Assembly: GCA_910592345.1 (NCBI GenBank)
Contig: CAJVPI010000132.1
Coordinates: 1 to 50,491 of the forward strand
Direction of reading: 5' to 3'
DNA: 50,491 bases
Source: Paraglomus brasilianum
Taxonomy: Eukaryota
Shown: positions 42,475-50,491 of the stretch, in pieces
How positions within the stretch are numbered: the first letter of the stretch is position 1
Layout of the letters: every line of letters begins with the position of its first letter
Translations under genes and position numbers: made by a program
Notes under the pieces: generated by a model
What the model was told of the DNA's origin: nothing
The model's input: only the letters and a program-made list of their open reading frames with translations
Databases searched by the model: none

Positions 42475-45078
42475 ATGCTGAAAAAAATTTTTACTAGACG
42501 TGGTATTCGTGCATTTATACCTGGTTATACTAGAAGGGAAAAAGTTGAACAAGCAGATGCTAATACTCAATTTAATCTTGCTTTATGTTATGTCAATGGA
42601 GTTGGAGCAGAAAAAGATGAAAAAGCAGTTGAATTGTATCAAAAAGCCGCTGAACAAGGACATGCCAATGCTCAATACAATCTTGCTTTATGTTATGCCA
42701 ATGGAACTGGAGTAGAAAAAAATGAACAAAAAGCAGTTGAATTGTATCAAAAAGCCGCTGAACAAGGACATGCCAGTGCTCAGTTTGTTCTTGCTGCATG
42801 TTATGACAACGGAATTGGGGTAGAAACAGATAAACAAAAAGCAGTCGAATTATATCAAAAAGCAGTTGAATTGTATCAAAAAGCTGCTGAACAAGGAGAG
42901 GCCAGTGCTCAGTTTGCTCTTGCTGCATGTTATGACAATGGAATTGGGGTAGAAACAGATGAGCGAAAAGCAGTCGAATTATATCAAAAACCTGCTGAAC
43001 AAGGAGAGGCCAATGCTCAATATAATCTTGCTTTATGTTATGCTAATGGAGCTGGAGTAGAAAAAAATGAACAAAAAGCAGTTGAATGGTATAAAAAAGC
43101 AGCTGAACAAGGACATGCCAGTGCACAATTTAATCTTGCTTTGCATTATGACAATGGAATTGGTGTAGAAAAAAATAATCAAAAAGCAGTTGGGTTTTAT
43201 CAAAAAGCAGCTGAACAAGGACATGCCAGTGCTCAATATAATCTTGCTATGTGTTATGCCAATGGAATTGGGATAGAAAAGTATGAACAAACAGCAGTTG
43301 AATGGTATAAAAAAGCAGCTGAACAAGGACATGCCAGTGCACAATTTAATCTTGCTTTGTATTATGACAACGGAATTGGTGTAGAAAAAGATGAAAAAAA
43401 AGCAGTTGAATTATATCAAAAAGCTGCTGAACAAGGACATGCAAGTGCTCAGTTTGTTCTTGCTGCATGCTATGAAAATGGAATTTGGGTAGAAAAAGAT
43501 GAAAAAAAAGCAGTTGAGTTATATCAAAAAGCTGCAGAACAAGGAGAGACCAATGCTCAAGATATTCTTGCTACATGTTATAATAATGAAATTGGTGTAA
43601 AAAAAATTGTACAAAAAACGGTTGAATTATGTCAAAAAGCAGCTGAACAAGAAGAGGCCAATGCTCAATATATTCTTGCTAAATGTTATGCCAATGGATT
43701 TGGGGTAGAAAAAGATGAACAAAAAGCAATTGAATTATATAAAAAAGCTGTTAAACAAGGAGAGGCCAATGCACAATTTGATCTTGCTTTGCATTATGAC
43801 AATGGAATTTGGGTAAAAAAAAATAAACAAAAAGCAGTTAACTTATATCAAAAAGCTGCTGAACAAGGACATGCCAGTGCTCAGTTTGTTCTTGCTGCAT
43901 GTTTTGATGATGGAATTGGGGTAGAAAAGGATGAACAAAAAGCAGTTAAATGGTATGAAAAAGCTGCTAAACAAGGAGAGGTCAGTGCTCAATATAATCT
44001 TGCTGTATGTTATGCTAATGGAGCTGGAGTAGAAAAAAATGAACAAAAAGCAGTTGAATGGTATAAAAAAGCAGCTGAACAAGGAGAGATCAGTGCTCAA
44101 TATAATCTTGCTGTATGTTATGCTAATGGAGTTGGAGTAGAAAAATATGAACGAAAAGCAGTTCAATGGTATAAAAAAGCAGCTAAACAAGGACATGCCA
44201 GTGCACAATTTAATCTTGCTTTGCATTATGACAATGGAATTGGGGTAAAAATAAACAAACAAAAAGCAGTTAAATTACATCAAAAAGCTGTTAATCAAGG
44301 ACATGCCAGTGCACAATTTAATCTTGCCTTGCATTATTATAATGGAATTGGTGTAGAAAGAAATGAACAAACAGCAGTTGGGTTCTATCAAAAAGCAGCT
44401 GAACAAGGACATGTCAGTGCTCAATATAATCTTGCTATGTGTTATGCCAATGGAATTGGGGTAGAAAAAGATGAACAAATGGCAGTTGAATTGCATCACA
44501 AAGCTGCTAAACAAGGACATGTCAGTGCACAATATAATCTTGCTATATGTTATGCCAATGGAACTGGAGCAGAAAAAGATGAACAAAAAGCAATTGAATT
44601 GTATCAAAAAGCTGCTGAACAAGGACATGCCAGTGCTCAATATAATCTTGCTTTGCATTATGCCAATGGAACTGGGGTAGAAAAAGATGAACAAAAAGCA
44701 GACGAATTGTATGAGAGTGCAGTAAAGCAGGCACATATGTCAGTGCAAGTTGAAAACAGTAGCCATTATAGCAAAATGGCTGGGGTAAATTTTGACATCA
44801 AATATGTAATTGACTTCTATCAAGCAAGAGCTAAAGAGAGAAATGTTTATGCACAATATATTCTTGGCCTGTATTATGAAAACGGCATTGGAGTAGAAGC
44901 AGACATTCAAAAGGCCCTTGAACTATATGAAAGAGCAGCTGAACAGGGATATTCTAAAGCACAAAATAAGGTGTATACTTTTTATAAAAATGGGTCAGAA
45001 GTAAAGAAAAAAATAAGAGAAAAGGTTGAGTCGTATAAAGGTGATAAAAAGACTTGTTTAGCATCGATAGAGTGTTAG
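42475..45078 (+). CDS. Sel1-like repeat protein with ~21-22 repeats of 36 aa and no kinase domain seen
   Basis: Uninterrupted ORF of 108-bp units AQ(Y/F)NLAxCYxNGxGVEKDEQKAVExYxKAAEQG. First ATG at 42475; the true start or an upstream exon is uncertain. Confidence 0.9.
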   Translation: MLKKIFTRRGIRAFIPGYTRREKVEQADANTQFNLALCYVNGVGAEKDEKAVELYQKAAEQGHANAQYNLALCYANGTGVEKNEQKAVELYQKAAEQGHASAQFVLAACYDNGIGVETDKQKAVELYQKAVELYQKAAEQGEASAQFALAACYDNGIGVETDERKAVELYQKPAEQGEANAQYNLALCYANGAGVEKNEQKAVEWYKKAAEQGHASAQFNLALHYDNGIGVEKNNQKAVGFYQKAAEQGHASAQYNLAMCYANGIGIEKYEQTAVEWYKKAAEQGHASAQFNLALYYDNGIGVEKDEKKAVELYQKAAEQGHASAQFVLAACYENGIWVEKDEKKAVELYQKAAEQGETNAQDILATCYNNEIGVKKIVQKTVELCQKAAEQEEANAQYILAKCYANGFGVEKDEQKAIELYKKAVKQGEANAQFDLALHYDNGIWVKKNKQKAVNLYQKAAEQGHASAQFVLAACFDDGIGVEKDEQKAVKWYEKAAKQGEVSAQYNLAVCYANGAGVEKNEQKAVEWYKKAAEQGEISAQYNLAVCYANGVGVEKYERKAVQWYKKAAKQGHASAQFNLALHYDNGIGVKINKQKAVKLHQKAVNQGHASAQFNLALHYYNGIGVERNEQTAVGFYQKAAEQGHVSAQYNLAMCYANGIGVEKDEQMAVELHHKAAKQGHVSAQYNLAICYANGTGAEKDEQKAIELYQKAAEQGHASAQYNLALHYANGTGVEKDEQKADELYESAVKQAHMSVQVENSSHYSKMAGVNFDIKYVIDFYQARAKERNVYAQYILGLYYENGIGVEADIQKALELYERAAEQGYSKAQNKVYTFYKNGSEVKKKIREKVESYKGDKKTCLASIEC

Positions 45079-48005
45079 GCATAAATTGAGTAATAACATT
45101 GTATTATGTATAACTAATATGTCAGATATTGACTAAGCGATTTCTATATCATATAAACAGGGAAATTTGTCTTTGAATTTGTGGTATTATTAATCGTAAC
45201 AACAACTACCATATTACAAAAAAACAAACTAACCCCAAATTCATATAGTATCCGAAAATAAGCACCACAATTGCCAAAAGGAAAATTTTTATTTATGAGC
45301 GTTAAAGCTATCTACATCACCATCGCTGTCAATAATTGCCATTAACATAGTCTTTATAAAAATCTTCAAATCAGAATCCGATTGTGTAATTTTACCATAA
45401 ATATCTTCTTAACGCACAACATACACCATTAGACTGGAAACGACACGTATTTTTGTCCAGTTAAATATGAAGTTCGTTTACGTTTGACGACTTTTTTGGC
45501 CTTAGGTTGCGGTATTTTCTACAAACGAATACTTAGCATAATATAGCTCAGTTTTGGTCGTTTTTACATGACAACAGATGATCGAATTTTGTAATCGATT
45601 TTATGGAATAGTAACAGTAACAGTAATATACATTAAAAAATATCAATGTTAAATTTATTGGTTAGAACTTAGCCGGTGATAGTAGAAATATTTTAAAATG
45701 GTTGCTGTCGAATCAATCATCAAAATGCTCCAATAACCATATATTACATTAGCATTTGCGAAGTAGTCAATAGCATAATACAATTCATTATTTTCGTAAA
45801 TATTATTGATTATTATGTTCTTAGATACTATTGGTGACTGAACGCATTATCGTTATAGATAAGATTGGCCTCTTTCTTGCGGAAAAGAGGACATGCCCTT
45901 GGTCACAACGAGAATAAGGCAGGAGTGTAGTAAACGGAGACTTTAAAAGGACATATGGCATTGTATAAGTCCTCTCTAGGAGACAATCTCATGTCGACAC
46001 TATTGAAGAGGAACGAGTCTCGATATGGTTTGAATGTGTTTATACATCAGTACGAATAAGATGATTTTCGCTTGATACTTCGAAGGAGCAACTCGTCTAC
46101 ATACTTCATTATCGTTATTGGTCACAGAGTATGGACAATCATTGTGCTAGGGCGATAATTCGTGTCAGTAATAGAGAATGTTGATACTAAGTTGAGTTTT
46201 AATACGGAACGAAGTTGAAACAATCGAGAGCTATTTTCGCGATTGAGAGCTACGCATAATTATTATTGTTAGGCAATACCCTAACTTATGATAACGTATT
46301 GTTTTCCAGAATGCTAAGCAGAAAATTACTATCTCTTAAGACTGAGTAGAGACAGAACAACAAAGTTATACGTAATGCTATTGCAGAGCGTAACTTACCG
46401 CTCGTAAGGGTTAGCTTCCCAGACTCTCTAAGGGGTTTTAGATATTGACATATTATGCACGTAGTATGATATATAAAGATATTAATCAACAGAGCCCATC
46501 ATGAAGAGATAACGAGAAGAACCCTTGTAGTAGTTAAAATGTGGAAAATGATATTAGAAAGGATTTTACTCATTTATGTTGAGTACTAAATGGGAGTGTA
46601 CTGAATGATTTTATAACATAAATATGTGTCAGCTATGTGAGTATGAAAACTAGTGTTATGCTTAGAAGTTTTATGTTCAAAGCTGACCGGTTAGTATTCT
46701 CTACCAGTGGTCTTACTTACACGCGTTGTGCACTTTTGTCTTGGTAAATACCGTCGAGGCAATGAAAACCGGATATTCGATAAAATCAAGTATCATATCC
46801 CAACAAGGAGAAAAGCATCATAAGCTATCGATTGTATTTTTAATTCACTTGCTCCAACACTGAAAAATTCCAAGTTGACAATGAGGTTATGTGGAATTAG
46901 ATTTTCACTATAAAGAATAAAAATTCGTCATTTTCTATTTGTGAGCAGTGGATTATACGAACAGCAATCTCGGCTGTGCGGAAAGGCTTTGAGCCGGTCT
47001 CGTAAATGGCTTTCCGTTAATGGAAATGACTAGAGAATGAGACACTGTTACTAAACAAACTCTTTTATAAAGATTACTAATAGAATTTTATAACGAGTTA
47101 TCTCAAAATTGGTTTTTTTAGACGCCATTGTTCCATTGACGGAACGTTGATTAGGAAAACACGAAATAATTTCCAAGCCAATTTGTATTAATTGGGTTAT
47201 AAATCGATAATCAAATCTTTGCATATTCCCAAAACAGTTTAGTTTTCAAGAAAGCCCACCATTTTCGGATACACTAGTCTATTTACATGGTTGCCATTCA
47301 TCCAATTAGGGATTGACGTATTGTCATAGAGACCCAATCAACTCGTCGAGCAAAAAAAAGCAAACCGTCCCATTACCATCTGATTACTGGATTATTAAGC
47401 CAACATTATGGTTACACACGTCTCAGATCAAGATCAATGTGATATGCTGCAAACGCAACAACTATTCTACTTCATTTATTGGTGAATCGCAATTTCTATT
47501 TGCTACAAGTTTCTGTCTTTGTATCAAAATTTTTGCCAATCGACTTCCTTTGGTCTCAACCACAGAATAAGAAAGCAACTTTCATGTTGGCGTGTCCTTT
47601 GCCTTCGCCTACGTCTCCGAAAATGTTGGGCGTTACACGATCCCTTTACATAACGCTTTTAGCAATAAATCCAACTCATCGTCATCTATTTTTAAGTTTT
47701 CCTTAGTTTTTGGTGATAAAAATAGTAATGAGGCTTTGAATCAGGTGATGTACATTGCGAATTAACATATGTGTCTTGCCGTAATATACTGTGCGTTCAC
47801 ACGCAGCTAATCTATTTACGGACAGAATAAACAGAATCCTTAAAATTAACAATTTTGTCATTTGGCTTTGCCCGCCTTCTACTCTTTATAAATACCCCGT
47901 TTCCAAGGCATTCTAGGCACAACAACCAGACCGCAAGCAGAGAAATATAGAATTAATTGACTTGAAAAAAAGATACAAGCAGCTGAGGAATATTCAATCA
48001 TAATA

Positions 48006-49230
48006 ATGTCAAGCAGAACATCCAAACTCATTGTATTACTACTACTCGTCACTGTGCTCGTCCTTGGACCAGTAGCATGCGCGTCTGAAAATTACACTTC
48101 TACTACGACCAGCTACGTTCCAACAAGAACCTATAGTGGCTATAGCCAGGCTACTCCGACTTACAATCCTGGATGCATATATCCAGAATATATCGGCTCT
48201 ATAAGATGTACGAATTCTCAGATCCACCATGACAACTCCGCTAGCTGAAACAAAATACCATTCACGTACTCATTATCGTTAATTTTTCTAATACAGATCA
48301 ACCACCCGATTACGTTCCAGACGCACTCAAAGTTCCCAATGGACATAAATTCAAGTTCTTGCTTTATGCATCTGGATATCAAAATTATCAATGCAAGGGA
48401 GGAGCACATGGACAGCCAGGCAATTGGACATTTGGTAAGTATAGAGTCGGGTCAAATAGAGGTAGAAGAATGATACAAGGCTATTTTATTACTTATATAA
48501 GCGTTAACAACGTTCTTGTCATATAGTTGGACCTGTCGCAAATTTAATAAACGACATTTATCACGGTTCGTTTGGAAATGCTTGTAATCAAGTTGTTTTT
48601 CACCATTTAGAGGTAAAGTAGAATAAAACATTGTTCAAAATATACGTCATTAGTTTTCTTTACTTATATTTGCCTTTTCTTACCACATAGAAAACCAAAC
48701 GCGTTAGTGGGTAAGTAACTGCTGTTAAACTTATCCATTTGTTGTAATCATTTAATCTCAATTTTGTTTCTGTCAAAATAGAGTGGCATGGAGTGGTATA
48801 ATTCCGTCAGATTATTCTATGGTTGTCGCCAATGCAGTCATGACTTACCCTTCTCCCGATGGAGAAAACAATATTCCGTGGCTGTTGGCCAAAGCTATTT
48901 ACAACTCTGTGAGTATATTATATGACAACGTGATAAACATAGCCCCGGTTATGCACGAGTTTACTGACGTTAATTATTTCTAATAAGGGTGATGGTGTAT
49001 TCAGTGATGTCACATTTGTCTACCGCACCGAGACATATGGAGGCAAAGCCCCACCAAATGAGAAATGGTAAGTCCAGTGTTTTCCGAATTTTTACTTGCA
49101 CTTATTGTTACTAAACCTAACTCAATGATTTCTCGTCAATAGTGGTACCGAATTTTCTGATGGTTACAAGTACGCTAGCCCATACGAGGCTCAGTATTGG
49201 TATTATCATAAGATTGAGGGCATTTATTAG
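48006..49230 (+). CDS. Secreted DUF3455-like protein, 7 exons
   Basis: Signal peptide (LIVLLLLVTVLVLGPVACA), Ser/Thr linker, then spliced YASGYQNYQC...WTF|VGPVANL...NIPWLLAKA...GVFSDVTFVYRTETYGGKAP...PYEAQYWYY, the typical DUF3455 motif order. Stop at 49228-49230. Confidence 0.8.
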
Positions 49231-50491
49231 ATATAGAGATTTACATAATTTGTACAGACAACCGATTAAATTTACAATAAAATTTTACAGACACACATGA
49301 TCGTGTTACAAAGTTTAATACTATACCTATTAGCGATTAATTCACATGGGTGGCCTTAAATAATATTTAATTTGTATAAATAACTTTCCGTGTCCATATA
49401 TGCAAAAGTGCCAGAAAAAGTGTCAGAATCAACCATGCAAAAAGCAATACACTATTCTAGAATGCTGAGTTCAATCAGATAGTTGCACCGAAAATATGAC
49501 CCGTTTTTATTCAGCATTTTGTTAATTCCTATTCGTAATTCGGTCCTGGGGTTCGTTTAGTCAAAAGATTATATCAAGACATTAAACCTAATTATTAAAG
49601 AACAGCCTCTTATTGTGAAGAGCGTAAATAAATCAAAATTCCAAAGGAAACCTTTTGGAAAAGATAATAGTGGAGTGGGAAAATGATTTTAAATTTCAAA
49701 CGATTACAATATGATCGTTTCATTGTAATGCGATACTGCAGACATCACATGATACACAATACCGTAAACAATGTCAGAACATACTGTAGACATAGAGCCG
49801 GAGCATCTTTGAAACCGCCTTCTGTTTTATATCTAATGAACAGTCTGGCGATATAGAATCAATTACATCGGATACTGCCAAGCAACATATAGGAGATGGA
49901 AATGAAATTACTATAGTTTTTGATGAACAACAGCCTCTCTTAATAGCAATAATAGCGGTCGACCTCAATTGCAAGAAAGAAAATGGGTTGTTACATTTAA
50001 TCCGTTCTTTACTTTAATAAGTTGTCTCAATACTGTATGATTTATCACTGTATTGCTGGTTGTATTCATTACGACATATTTGTGAGTATAGTTATGCACA
50101 ATATATTAATATATTACTATTCAATACTTATACGCATCTCTTTTATGTAGCATGTTCCTCATAAACATGTTTATTTTCGAAATGTGTTTTAGAACTCTAG
50201 CCTCGTTATTATGGCTCGTATGTGGTCGGGCATGCCTCGATACAATTGTTGATGGCTTCGGAGTCTTTTTCGGTAAGTTGTGCGTGATTACGTGTAATTA
50301 GCTTTGCTTACATTTTTATACATTAGGTGGATTTGAATTTGTAATACTGTTTCGAGGGATATCAGTTCAACTAACCTTTGACATTTTTAACATTCTATCT
50401 TTTGTGCAGCATACATACACTGCCCTACAATAAATCACCGGATTTCACGAAACTTTACTAGTAAAACATATGAAAAGTCTTTCTTTTCAAA

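Noticed and set aside
42500..44736. Antisense and alternate-frame repeat ORFs within the Sel1 gene
   Set aside because: Shadows of the 108-bp coding repeat.
45850..47720. Possible retroelement or transposase debris
   Set aside because: No diagnostic RT, integrase or DDE motif could be read.
49771..50200. Possible degenerate plus-strand gene starting MSEHTVDIEP
   Set aside because: Multiple stops and no recognisable domain.

Overview
Intron-rich, AT-rich eukaryotic (fungal) genomic DNA, not prokaryotic. The content (long Sel1-repeat gene, Crinkler-like ATPase relics, pogo/Tc1/Sola-like transposon relics, a virus-like PD-(D/E)XK nuclease relic, AAG/TAG intron acceptors) suggests Glomeromycotina (arbuscular mycorrhizal fungi); this taxonomic call is inference. 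Apparently intact genes, spliced by eye: Uds1-domain coiled-coil protein (-), HFL1/TMEM184 (+), YRB1/RanBP1 (+), an unnamed 370-aa tail-anchored protein (-), uricase with SKL (-), ACH1 (+), an NRAMP (-), a Sel1-repeat protein (+) and a secreted DUF3455-like protein (+). Decayed transposons and tandem repeats lie between them. The two best leads are (1) the tail-anchored protein, whose SWVSL Atg8-interacting motif plus GxxxG tail anchor match the layout of a BNIP3/Atg32/Atg43-type mitophagy receptor, and (2) four perfect ATCTGATAA (SreA/Fep1-type iron-GATA) boxes upstream of the NRAMP. All family calls come from motif recognition; no searches were run, and exon boundaries may be off by a few bases.
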